From positions 1-59,535 of the forward strand of contig JAUIEW010000003.1 in assembly GCA_030429365.1 (NCBI GenBank): 59,535 bases of DNA, read 5' to 3'. A model generated the notes under the pieces. The model made no database searches, was not told where the DNA came from, and was given only the letters and a program-made list of their open reading frames with translations. Of this stretch, positions 9,329-18,046 are shown piece after piece. The translations under genes were made by a program, and so were the position numbers. This DNA comes from Phycisphaerae bacterium (lineage in GTDB: Bacteria; Planctomycetota; Phycisphaerae; UBA1845). Within the stretch, counting starts at the first letter, position 1, and every line of letters starts with the position of its first letter.

Positions 9329-9365
9329 AGTTTTATGTGTCAAACTCTTTTGGGGCGACCAAACT
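9329..9365. promoter_or_regulatory. Candidate metal-repressor operator(s) upstream of feoA
   Basis: Imperfect palindrome AGTTTTATGTGTCAAACT followed by TTTTGGGGCGACCAAACT in the AT-rich promoter region. Confidence 0.3.
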
Positions 9366-9477
9366 TTGTCGCCCGAATCGGCGTTTGGGGGGCTGGGGCG
9401 CGGTTTTGAGGCCCTTTGCTGCGAATTGGTGAATCCGGCTGCAAAGCGTCAGCCGGGCACTTGGTGAGTCACTCGAC

Positions 9478-9726
9478 ATGATCGCTCAGAATCCCAGGAC
9501 ATTGGCGGACTTGAAGGCGTCGGCTAAGGCGACGGTGGCCTCGCTTCAGGGTGAACCGGCTGTTCAGCAGCGGTTGGCGGAGATGGGGCTGACGAGCGGC
9601 CGCCAGATTCGCATGGTGCGGGTGGCGCCGTTGGGCGATCCGTATCAGATCGAAGTGCTCAACTATCACCTTTCGCTTCGTCGCCGCGAATGTGAATGCG
9701 TGCTGCTTGCGACCGACCCGGCGTAA
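9478..9726 (+). CDS. feoA: Ferrous iron transport protein A
   Basis: RLAEMGLTSG..VRVAPLGDP..LSLRRRE FeoA signature; upstream of feoB. Confidence 0.95.
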   Translation: MIAQNPRTLADLKASAKATVASLQGEPAVQQRLAEMGLTSGRQIRMVRVAPLGDPYQIEVLNYHLSLRRRECECVLLATDPA

Positions 9727-9745
9727 TCGGTCAGTTCGTATTCAT

Positions 9746-9822
9746 TCTGTGCATTAGCATTCGGTGCATAAACAATCTGTGCATATGCATTCGGCGCGTC
9801 ACTCTTGCATTCGGCGCATCAC
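9746..9822 (+). repeat. Degenerate direct repeats (GCATTCGGYGC core x3; two 30-bp units) between feoA and feoB
   Basis: tctgtgcattagcattcggtgcataaacaa / tctgtgcatatgcattcggcgcgtcactct / tgcattcggcgcatcac. Confidence 0.6.
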
Positions 9823-9843
9823 GCCGCGACTTTCGGAATCTCC

Positions 9844-12024
9844 ATGGCAACAACCCAAGCGACGTCTGAATCACTTCCGGTCATCGCGCTGATGGGCAAT
9901 CCGAATGCCGGCAAAACTTCCGTCTTCAACATGCTGACCGGATTGCGCCGCCAGGTTGCCAACTATCCCGGCGTCACCGTCGAAAAAGCATCCGGCATCG
10001 TCCGCCACAACGCGACGCAACTCGAAGTGCTCGACCTGCCCGGTGCGTATAGCTTAACCGCTCGCTCGCCCGATGAATTTGTCGTCACCGAAATACTCCT
10101 CGGTCTTCGCGACGATACCAAACCGCTCGACGCGGCAGTCGTGGTCATCGATGCGACCAATCTCGAGCGCAACTTGTTCCTCGCGTCGCAGGTTCTAGAA
10201 GCCGGTCTGCCCACGGTCATCGCGCTGAACATGACCGACATCGCCGAGCGCCGCGGCATTCAAATCGACAGCGACAAACTGGCCGCCAATCTCGGCGTGC
10301 CCGTGATTCCGATCGTCGCCTCAACCGGAAAGGGTCGCGTCGCGCTGATCGAAGCCATCGAAAAGGCGATCGGCGGTGACAAACCGTCGCCCATTTGCGA
10401 TTGGCCCGACGCGGTGAACCAATCCGTCGAAGCGTTGTCGGCAGAGATCGCCAAGCGCAACGGCGCCGCGGAGCCGGTCACGCCCTACGAACTGCGCCGC
10501 TGCCTGCTCGACGCCAACGGCGAAATGGAACGAAAACTCCTCGCCCATCATCCCGACAGCCGAGCGCTGGCGGAATTTGTCAGCGGACAGCGGGAAAAAA
10601 TCAAAGTGTCCGGACACTCGCCGGCCAACCTCGAAGCCGAAATCCGCTACGCATGCATCGCGGATATCGTCAGCGGTTGCCTGAAGCGAACGCCCAACAC
10701 GCAACCCACCCGCAGCGAACGACTCGACAACCTTTTAACCCATCGCATACTCGGCACGCTGATCTTCGTGGCCGTCATGACCGTGACATTCATCAGCGTG
10801 TTCAGTTGGGCGGCGCCGCTGATGGATGGTATCGAGGCCATGTTCGGAGCGCTGGCCGGTTGGGTGCATTCCGCACTGGGCGAAGGACTGCTCGCGACGT
10901 TCTTAACCGACGGCGTCATCGGTGGTGTCGGTAGCGTCCTCGTGTTTCTGCCGCAGATCATGATTCTAATCGCGCTGATCACACTGCTCGAAGATTGCGG
11001 ATACCTTGCGCGGGCGGCGTTCTTAATGGATCGCGTGCTGCGCGTATTCGGACTCGGCGGACGCGGATTCGTGCCGCTGCTGTCTTCGTTTGCGTGCGCC
11101 ATTCCCGGTGTGATGGCCACGCGCACCATCGAATGCCCGCGCGAACGTTTGATCACCATCCTCATCGCCCCGCTGATGGCCTGCAGCGCCCGCATTCCGG
11201 TGTACACGATTTTTGTCGCCGCGTTCATCCCGCAAAAAGTCGTCCTCGGTTTCCTGCCGCTGCAAGGTTTGGTTTTCGCCGGGATGTATTTCTTCGGCAT
11301 CGTCGCTGCAGCCGTCGCCGCGCTCGTATTTCGAAGTGTGCTCCAGGGACGCACGCCGACGCCGTTTATCCTCGAACTCCCCAGCTATAAAAAACCGTCG
11401 ATCAAACTGATCCTCTGGCGCTCGTTTGACCGGGGCAAGGTTTTCGTCCAGTCGGCTGGCACCATCATCCTCGCGATGAGCATCATCATCTGGGCGCTCC
11501 TGTACTTTCCCAGACCGGCCGACCTCGAAACAAAAGTCCGCGCCGACATGCAACAAGCCGGCATCACCGAACCGGTCAAAATCGAAAACGCAGTCGCCGG
11601 CGAATACCTGCGCAACAGCTACATGGGGCGCGTCGGGAAAGCGATCGAGCCAGCCGTCAAACCGCTCGGATGGGATTGGAAAATCGGGATGGCCACGCTG
11701 GCATCTTTCCCCGCGCGCGAGGTCGTCGTCTCGACGTTGGGCATCATTTACAACCTTGGCGCGGGTGCGGACGAAGAATCCACCGCCCTGCGCCAGAAGC
11801 TTCAATCGGCGACTTGGCCAGATGGGCGGAAGGTTTATAACATCCCTGTGGTGCTGTCGATCATGGTGTTCTTCGCGCTGTGTTGTCAGTGCGGCGGGAC
11901 GGTGGCGGTCATCAAGCGCGAAACAAATTCGTGGAAGTGGGCGGCTGTCGCGTTTTCGTACATGACGATTCTGGCGTATGTCGGCGCGCTGGTTGTGTAT
12001 CAGGTTGGCATTCGGATTTCTTAA
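9844..12024 (+). CDS. feoB: Ferrous iron transport protein B
   Basis: GNPNAGKT, NYPGVTVE, DLPGAYSL and NMTD GTPase motifs followed by a polytopic membrane domain (CSAR, ELPSY, AREVVVSTL). Confidence 0.97.
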   Translation: MATTQATSESLPVIALMGNPNAGKTSVFNMLTGLRRQVANYPGVTVEKASGIVRHNATQLEVLDLPGAYSLTARSPDEFVVTEILLGLRDDTKPLDAAVVVIDATNLERNLFLASQVLEAGLPTVIALNMTDIAERRGIQIDSDKLAANLGVPVIPIVASTGKGRVALIEAIEKAIGGDKPSPICDWPDAVNQSVEALSAEIAKRNGAAEPVTPYELRRCLLDANGEMERKLLAHHPDSRALAEFVSGQREKIKVSGHSPANLEAEIRYACIADIVSGCLKRTPNTQPTRSERLDNLLTHRILGTLIFVAVMTVTFISVFSWAAPLMDGIEAMFGALAGWVHSALGEGLLATFLTDGVIGGVGSVLVFLPQIMILIALITLLEDCGYLARAAFLMDRVLRVFGLGGRGFVPLLSSFACAIPGVMATRTIECPRERLITILIAPLMACSARIPVYTIFVAAFIPQKVVLGFLPLQGLVFAGMYFFGIVAAAVAALVFRSVLQGRTPTPFILELPSYKKPSIKLILWRSFDRGKVFVQSAGTIILAMSIIIWALLYFPRPADLETKVRADMQQAGITEPVKIENAVAGEYLRNSYMGRVGKAIEPAVKPLGWDWKIGMATLASFPAREVVVSTLGIIYNLGAGADEESTALRQKLQSATWPDGRKVYNIPVVLSIMVFFALCCQCGGTVAVIKRETNSWKWAAVAFSYMTILAYVGALVVYQVGIRIS

Positions 12025-12043
12025 ACGTTTGGCGGGTGAGTCT

Positions 12044-12250
12044 ATGTGGTGGGAATACGTGATTGTGGTTGGCGGTCTGGCGCTGGCTGTTGTTTACGCC
12101 ATCGCGTTCGCGCGGAAGATTTTCGGCGAAGGCGAAGGGTGCGGCTGCGGTCACGGCGCGTGTTCAAATGAAAACCACGGCGAATCGGATTCGCCGAAGC
12201 TCAAAGTCACGCCGCTGGTCGAATTGAAGGGCCCCACCGACAGCAAGTAG
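12044..12250 (+). CDS. FeoB-associated Cys-rich membrane protein
   Basis: 68 aa; N-terminal TM helix then GCGCGHGAC; immediately after feoB. Confidence 0.8.
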   Translation: MWWEYVIVVGGLALAVVYAIAFARKIFGEGEGCGCGHGACSNENHGESDSPKLKVTPLVELKGPTDSK

Positions 12251-12310
12251 GGTGGGCCGTGCCCACCGCAGTTTGAGCGCCGACGACATGGTGGGCACGG
12301 CCCACCCTAC
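12247..12310. repeat. REP doublet (REPIN-like), family A: GTAGGGTGGGCCGTGCCCACC ... GGTGGGCACGGCCCACCCTAC
   Basis: Two inverted GTAG-footed palindromes; further copies at 12576 and 37798. Confidence 0.9.
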
Positions 12311-12313
12311 GCA

Positions 12314-12436
12314 CTACGCGGCGCCACTTCCCAGGAAGATTCCAAAAACCGCGCTGAGCAATCCACCCAACAGCGCCAGCAAAAACCCGATCCCTGAACC
12401 CAATCCTGCAAAGAACATGCGGTCATCCTTTCGCAT
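12314..12436 (-). CDS. Unannotated 40-aa hydrophobic Gly-rich peptide MRKDDRMFFAGLGSGIGFLLALLGGLLSAVFGIFLGSGAA
   Basis: Translated by hand (below the ORF-track cutoff); charged N-terminus plus a long uncharged helix; lies between two REP doublets; RBS weak. Confidence 0.5.
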   Translation of the reverse strand: MRKDDRMFFAGLGSGIGFLLALLGGLLSAVFGIFLGSGAA

Positions 12437-12575
12437 CGCGACTCGTCTTGTTCACTGGCCCCCATCAAGCCAATGACTTCGCGCTTCATTCGGCGCGGGT
12501 GCATGGTACACTGAAGCCGATTTTGCGAATAGACCCGAATTCGCAGAGATAAGAAAACGATCCGGCGATCGCATC

Positions 12576-12640
12576 GTAGGGTGGGCCATGCCCACCGCTG
12601 TTCGAACCACAACGACATGGTGGGCACGGCCCCCCCCTAC
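12576..12640. repeat. REP doublet (REPIN-like), family A
   Basis: gtagggtgggccatgcccacc ... ggtgggcacggcccccccctac; spacer related to the 12247 copy. Confidence 0.9.
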
Positions 12641-12684
12641 GCGATCGGCTTTGCCATTTTGATCCCATTGATTTCCCGCGGAGG

Positions 12685-14220
12685 TTGACCGTGCGCTTTT
12701 CACGCCCCAAACGCTTTGGCCCTGTTGTCGTAGCACTTCTAACCGTAAGCCTGCTCGTCGGACTTGCCGGCTGCTCTGCGACGCAGACGATCCATGACCC
12801 GGTCCTCCGCTCGCAACTTGGCGAAATCCTCAACCGCAATGCCGACACAGGTGCGATGATCAGCGCCCGCGTTGTCGACCTGGCCAGCGGGACCGAACTT
12901 TACGCGTCCAACGAAGACGTCGCCGTCATGCCCGCGAGCAACATGAAATTGGTCACCAGTTCGACCGGTTTGGACTTGCTGGGACCGGACTACAAGTTTC
13001 AAACGTATCTCGCCCGCGACGGTGACGACCTTTGGATCACCGGGACGGGCGACCCAGCCGTCGGTGACAACCCGTTGGCCAAACGTCGCGGCGGCACGAC
13101 GATGACCGTGTTCGACGATTGGATCAAAGCCTTGAGGCAAAAGGGAATCAACCACGTTTCGGGCGACCTGGTGTACTACGAAGGGGCGTTCGACGCGTAT
13201 CATTTCCATGACACGTGGGATCATGATGACCTCGTCCACTGGTATGCCGCCCCGGTATCCGGATTGAACTTCAATGACAACTGCGTGGACATCACCATCA
13301 GCCCGACGACCGACGGCCAACCGGTGTCATATACTGTCACTCCGCCGTATGACGATCTCGTCGTGGTCAACGAGTGCATCACCGGCAAGGACGAAGAGCC
13401 GACCATCAACCGCATGCCGCACGCCAACGTCGTCGTCATCGGCGGCGGATGCAGCAAGACGAAGGCGCTCAAGAGCAAACCGGTCAACGATCCCGGCGAA
13501 TTCTTCGCGGGCGCGTTTCGCAGGCATTTGGTCAACAACGGGATCGTCGTCGATGGCGAAGTTCGATCGTCACCGACACCGCTCGGCGAATCGCTCATCC
13601 CGCCAGCCGACGCGATCATCGCGACGCATACGACGACGATGCCGGAAGTCCTCTGGCGGATCAACAAAAGCAGCCAGAACCTCTTTGCCGAGTGCATGTG
13701 CAAGCTGAGCGGACGGGTCTTCGATGAGGCGAGCGGGCACCAGCGCCCCGGTTCGTGGGCTGGCGGCGAACGGGCGATTCGCGCGTTTATGAAAAAGAAC
13801 CGCATCGACGATTCGAAGCTGAAGGTAGCCGACGGGTCGGGCCTTAGCCGCGGCAACAACGTCACCGCCCACCTCATCAGCGACATTCTGATCGCGATGC
13901 ACAAGCACAAAGACTTCGAGGTCTTCCGCGCAAGCCTGGCCGAACCGGGCGAAACCGGAACGCTGGGCCGCCGCATGAAAAGCCTCAACGGCCGCGTATT
14001 CGCCAAAACGGGCTACATCAGAGGCGTCCGCGCCCTGAGCGGATACGTTCACACCAAGAACGACCGTTGGCTGGTGTTCTCCTTCATCTACAACAAAATT
14101 CCCGGCAGCGTCCAACCCTTCAACGATCTGCAAAACGAAGCCTGCGAGCTGTTGTACAATTGGGACCCGGATGGCAAGGACGCCAAGCAAGACGCCGAAA
14201 AACTAATCGCATCAATGTAG
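12685..14220 (+). CDS. dacB: D-alanyl-D-alanine carboxypeptidase/endopeptidase (PBP4, peptidase S13), lipoprotein
   Basis: PASNMK (SxxK), SQN (SxN), DGSGLSR and KTG motifs; LAGC lipobox; start uncertain (TTG 12685 or GTG 12691). Confidence 0.93.
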   Translation: MTVRFSRPKRFGPVVVALLTVSLLVGLAGCSATQTIHDPVLRSQLGEILNRNADTGAMISARVVDLASGTELYASNEDVAVMPASNMKLVTSSTGLDLLGPDYKFQTYLARDGDDLWITGTGDPAVGDNPLAKRRGGTTMTVFDDWIKALRQKGINHVSGDLVYYEGAFDAYHFHDTWDHDDLVHWYAAPVSGLNFNDNCVDITISPTTDGQPVSYTVTPPYDDLVVVNECITGKDEEPTINRMPHANVVVIGGGCSKTKALKSKPVNDPGEFFAGAFRRHLVNNGIVVDGEVRSSPTPLGESLIPPADAIIATHTTTMPEVLWRINKSSQNLFAECMCKLSGRVFDEASGHQRPGSWAGGERAIRAFMKKNRIDDSKLKVADGSGLSRGNNVTAHLISDILIAMHKHKDFEVFRASLAEPGETGTLGRRMKSLNGRVFAKTGYIRGVRALSGYVHTKNDRWLVFSFIYNKIPGSVQPFNDLQNEACELLYNWDPDGKDAKQDAEKLIASM

Positions 14221-14239
14221 GGTGCGTCCCGGACGCACC
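14217..14239 (+). repeat. Single REP, family C: GTAG-GGTGCGTCC-C-GGACGCACC
   Basis: GTAG foot plus perfect 9-bp palindrome; its TAG is the dacB stop codon. Confidence 0.75.
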
Positions 14240-14293
14240 TGCTTAGACTGTTCGTCGTCAACAAGCCAACATTGATCAGCAGATCGGGCCAAA

Positions 14294-15394
14294 ATGTCGT
14301 ACGCGATGACAATCCTCCTGGCAGCGCTCGCATCCGCGCCAGCCGACGCCTCGACCAACGGCGAACGTTATGAAATCGCTTACCACCATGTTCTCCGCAA
14401 CCACACCAAGCAGCCGCTTCGCGATGTGCGGGTGTATCTCACTGTCCCGCCGAGCGATGGCTACCAGTCGATTGGAGGATTTCGGGTCGAAACGTTCGGC
14501 CACGATGTGCACATTTCCAATCGCCGCGACGAATTTGGCAACGCCTTGAAACGCGTCGTTATCCCGGAGATTGCGGCGGGCGCAGAGGTGCGCGTCGGGT
14601 TTTCGTGTGAAGCTGTCCTTCGTCCGCCGACCGTCGCCCGCTTCGACTCGCCGCCCAAGAAATCATATGCCGACGTTGATCCGGAATTGATCAAGACGTT
14701 CACCCGCAATCACAGCATCTTTGACCTTGAATCGCCGGTGATCAGAGCAAAAGCCGCCGAATTGCTTCGGGACTATCCCGAACCAGCCGCCCGGGCTGTC
14801 GCGATCCATCATTTCATTGCCGGTTCGTTCAAGTACAAGCGCGGCGACGGCTGGCATTCAGCCCCCGCTGTGCTTGAGCGGCGCAGCGGTTCGTGCTCCG
14901 AATTCACGTATGTCTTCTGTGCGTTGTGCCGCGCCACCGGGATTCCAACCCGAATGGTCGGGGCTTCCATGTTTCCCGCGAAAAAACGGATGCCCTTCGT
15001 CGATCGAGTCTGGCATCGTTGGCCGGAGGCGTATCTGCCCGACCAAGGCTGGGTCGCGTTCGATCCGACACTGGACCGCAGACGGAAGAATCCGCTTTTC
15101 GTCGGAACGCATCATGGCCGCACACTCATCCTGACGCGCAAGGGCGACCGCAGTACGCAATTGGGCCTGTCATATCTCCCATCGAACTCGCATAGCCGCC
15201 AGATCAAGCGCTCGCGATACTTCGTCTGGTCACAAGGGACGCGCCGAAAACTCGAAGAGGCGCAAGCGAAACTGCAAGCTGGCGAAAATAAGAAAGCGGC
15301 AGCGCTGCTTAAACGAATCGTGCGAACGCACGGCGAAACACGCACCGGAATAGAAGCCGCACAAATTCTGCGTGAAATGGACGAAGAGAAGTAG
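14294..15394 (+). CDS. Secreted transglutaminase-like domain protein
   Basis: GSCSEF..ALCRATGIPTR, WHRWPEAY and GWVAFDPT (Cys-His-Asp triad); signal peptide; TPR-like tail. Confidence 0.88.
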   Translation: MSYAMTILLAALASAPADASTNGERYEIAYHHVLRNHTKQPLRDVRVYLTVPPSDGYQSIGGFRVETFGHDVHISNRRDEFGNALKRVVIPEIAAGAEVRVGFSCEAVLRPPTVARFDSPPKKSYADVDPELIKTFTRNHSIFDLESPVIRAKAAELLRDYPEPAARAVAIHHFIAGSFKYKRGDGWHSAPAVLERRSGSCSEFTYVFCALCRATGIPTRMVGASMFPAKKRMPFVDRVWHRWPEAYLPDQGWVAFDPTLDRRRKNPLFVGTHHGRTLILTRKGDRSTQLGLSYLPSNSHSRQIKRSRYFVWSQGTRRKLEEAQAKLQAGENKKAAALLKRIVRTHGETRTGIEAAQILREMDEEK

Positions 15395-15411
15395 GGTCCG
15401 CTGTGCGGACC
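15391..15411 (+). repeat. Single REP, family B: GTAGGGTCCGCTGTGCGGACC
   Basis: Identical to the copies at 21543 and 21597 (inverted); its TAG is the upstream gene stop. Confidence 0.88.
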
Positions 15412-15514
15412 GCGTGAATGCATCGTCCATTGAATAGCACGGAGCTATCTGGCGAAGCCTAGCGACAGCCAGTTCTACTTTCTTGTCTTTGTATTCGCGT
15501 GGATACCGCTACTG

Positions 15515-15751
15515 ATGCGACAAGCAAGTAAACTGCCTATTCGTAAAAACCATCGAGACTCTGGCGGGTGGCTTGTGTTAATTGGAGCGGGGTTCGCCGG
15601 TCTTCAATTCGGTGTGTGGACGCATCATCAGGCGTGGGATTTGGTCAATTGGCCGATCAACGGTCGAACCATCTACTGGAGCTTGATTCTGGTGGCGATT
15701 GTCTTGGGCTCTGTTGACTGTCTCCGCGATTCATTCGCCTCGCTTCCTTGA
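15515..15751 (+). CDS. Small two-TM hypothetical protein
   Basis: 78 aa with two hydrophobic segments; may be spurious. Confidence 0.35.
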   Translation: MRQASKLPIRKNHRDSGGWLVLIGAGFAGLQFGVWTHHQAWDLVNWPINGRTIYWSLILVAIVLGSVDCLRDSFASLP

Positions 15752-15845
15752 AGTCCGATTGTTGAATGCATAAGGTCACAACTAGACGATCTGCAGTTTG
15801 GGCAGAATGCGAAAACAAAGGCCTTCAATACACTGGAGCAAATCT

Positions 15846-16226
15846 ATGGCAACGCTGGAAGATGCATCGACACAGTACAATGACATGACGGGAACTGCCG
15901 CGATAGACTGGCACGACTTCACGGTCCATTCGTTTGCAGAGAAATGCGGTATTGACACACGAAGGTATTTTCCTTTAGGGATCAAGCTATACCTTGGAGA
16001 TCGCGGGTATTCTTCGGTGTCTTTCGCAGCGGCGGAGAAATCGATTGTCGGCGAGACTATTGACGAAATTGAGTCATATGCGAAAGCGAACAACGGCACA
16101 GTACCCACTGTTCGGCTTGAATCAGGGGCTACAGTGGAAGACATCAGAGGATTTGCGAAAAGATTCGAGATAGTGCTGAAGTCCAAGTCCGATCGCATTT
16201 GCCACTTGGAATTCGACGAACAATGA
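15846..16226 (+). CDS. Hypothetical protein
   Basis: GGAG RBS then ATG at 15846; ASTQYNDMTGTAAID N-terminal motif; AT-rich. Confidence 0.65.
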   Translation: MATLEDASTQYNDMTGTAAIDWHDFTVHSFAEKCGIDTRRYFPLGIKLYLGDRGYSSVSFAAAEKSIVGETIDEIESYAKANNGTVPTVRLESGATVEDIRGFAKRFEIVLKSKSDRICHLEFDEQ

Positions 16227-16250
16227 TTCGAGTTCTGGAATTCCAATCTG

Positions 16251-16772
16251 TTATTGTTTGATTGTGAGAATATGGACAAAGGCAGTCTTTGACTCTAGCC
16301 AGTGAGACAGTGTATTCAAATCTGCATCACGATCTGAATACGATTCTCCGTAGATCACGATATTGTCGGCTAAGAAGCGTCGAGCCTCATTCACTTTGTT
16401 GTCCAGCATGTCCCAAATCACCGAACAATAGCGATTCGGATAGTGTTCAATAGAATCAACAAACTTCGCCCAATCGGCATAGAAGTCAGAATGCTCTGGA
16501 TTCAATAACCCCTTCAGTCCACCCTCTATTCTCTCGTCGACTCGCTTCCAAAGCTCGAATTGTTTCTTCGCACGCTCCACGGCTATAGGTTCTCCATGGA
16601 GTACCATATAGTTGCAATATTCTTGCAATGCACCCGCCATAGAATTGCTTACGACATCAAGAATTGCAGTATATAGCGAGCTCCTAAATACCTCCGGCAT
16701 TGTACTTACGGTGTCGAATGGCCTCCTTGTCTCCGACGCTGGCTGCACATCTCCATCCTTGATTTGATTCAT
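16251..16772 (-). CDS. Hypothetical helical protein
   Basis: About 173 aa, GAGGGG RBS, AT-rich, convergent with the 15846 gene. Confidence 0.6.
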   Translation of the reverse strand: MNQIKDGDVQPASETRRPFDTVSTMPEVFRSSLYTAILDVVSNSMAGALQEYCNYMVLHGEPIAVERAKKQFELWKRVDERIEGGLKGLLNPEHSDFYADWAKFVDSIEHYPNRYCSVIWDMLDNKVNEARRFLADNIVIYGESYSDRDADLNTLSHWLESKTAFVHILTIKQ

Positions 16773-16922
16773 CACGCATGCCCCTCTTAATCGAACCTTA
16801 TAATGCACCTACTTGCACTATAGCCTCATGCCGCTTGACTCTACAACTGCAAACTGACCGGGCACAAATTGATTCTGGGACTTTGCGCAGCAAGTGCAAG
16901 CAACGACCGAACGAACATCGGC

Positions 16923-17828
16923 CTACATCTTTATCATCTGCTTTATTGTTTTTTCGAGCAATTCATCGCCGCCGAATTTCATTCCCAGGTCTTTTAGCTT
17001 CTTGGTTTCGATCTGGTGCTTTGGGGTTTTTTGCAGGGGTTCGATTTGGCTTTGGCTTCCGGTCAGGCGTTTGGTGATCTCGGCTACCTTTTGTTCGGAG
17101 ATGTACATGTCGTAGCAGTTGTAGGATTGGCCGGCGGTGCCCTCGGCGCTTAGCAGAATGCCCACGGCTCGGGCGACGTCGTGGGCGTGGACTTCCTTAC
17201 CGCCTCGACTTGACGCGATGTTCTGCCCGTTGGCGACTTTCTGTACGAGGTTGTACCACTTGCTTTGCTCGGGCGGGGTGGCGAGTCCGTAGATGCCCGT
17301 CGGGCGCAGTGCGCAGATGTTGTAGTTGTGACCGAGCCCATAGCTGTGGACGAATTTTTCGAGCGCGGCTTTGTGCGCGCCGTAATGGCTGAGCGGCCAA
17401 AGCGGATGGGCTTCGTCGAGCGGGCGATCGTCGAGAATCACCTCATGCACCGCGCACGTCGAGATAAACACAAACCGCCCGACGCCGGCAGACCTTGCGG
17501 TTTCGATCAGTTGAATCGTACCGACGAGATTCTTCTGGCAGAACTCGACAAGATCGCCCTCGCCGCCGCGAAACCCACCACCAGGATGATGCAGCGCCGA
17601 ATGCACCACCGCATCCACGCCTTCAACCCCGTCAAAACCACCGACCAACGACCGGCACGCCTCGACGCTTCCGAGTTCGCCATCAATCCATTCGCAACCG
17701 TCCACCGTCACGCCTTCGCGCGAACTGGTCGGCCGACACCAGCATCGGCACGAATGCCCCTCGTCGATCAAATGGTTGACGATGTACCGCCCCAGAAATC
17801 CGCTTGCCCCGGTCACTGCAATTCGCAT
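16923..17828 (-). CDS. NAD-dependent epimerase/dehydratase (extended SDR)
   Basis: TGASGFLG and YGAHK (YxxxK) motifs. Confidence 0.92.
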   Translation of the reverse strand: MRIAVTGASGFLGRYIVNHLIDEGHSCRCWCRPTSSREGVTVDGCEWIDGELGSVEACRSLVGGFDGVEGVDAVVHSALHHPGGGFRGGEGDLVEFCQKNLVGTIQLIETARSAGVGRFVFISTCAVHEVILDDRPLDEAHPLWPLSHYGAHKAALEKFVHSYGLGHNYNICALRPTGIYGLATPPEQSKWYNLVQKVANGQNIASSRGGKEVHAHDVARAVGILLSAEGTAGQSYNCYDMYISEQKVAEITKRLTGSQSQIEPLQKTPKHQIETKKLKDLGMKFGGDELLEKTIKQMIKM

Positions 17829-18046
17829 CAGATACCCTCAGATTATTCAGCCATGCTCGATTAATTCTCGCCGGATACGTCTATTTGTTGTCCGGATGCC
17901 GGCTGATCATAGCACCAAGCCGCTCATTCGTCCGCCACGCGCGTTGGCGCAACCGAGTTAACGTTGGCTGGAAATTCCCGTTGGCCTATACTCTCCTGCA
18001 TCGCCTGCCCCAAACGCACGCGATCCCCAAACAACGCGGAACCTTC

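Noticed and set aside
9113-9409. 98-aa ORF between the phage module and feoA
   Set aside because: Spans the putative element end and an AT-rich promoter; no recognisable motif
12252-12848. Several short ORFs containing GRAH/VGTAHPT/WAWPTL
   Set aside because: These are translations of REP palindromes
17804-18046. 81-aa N-terminal extension of the site-2 protease
   Set aside because: Overlaps the divergent epimerase start and promoter region; ATG 18047 is more plausible
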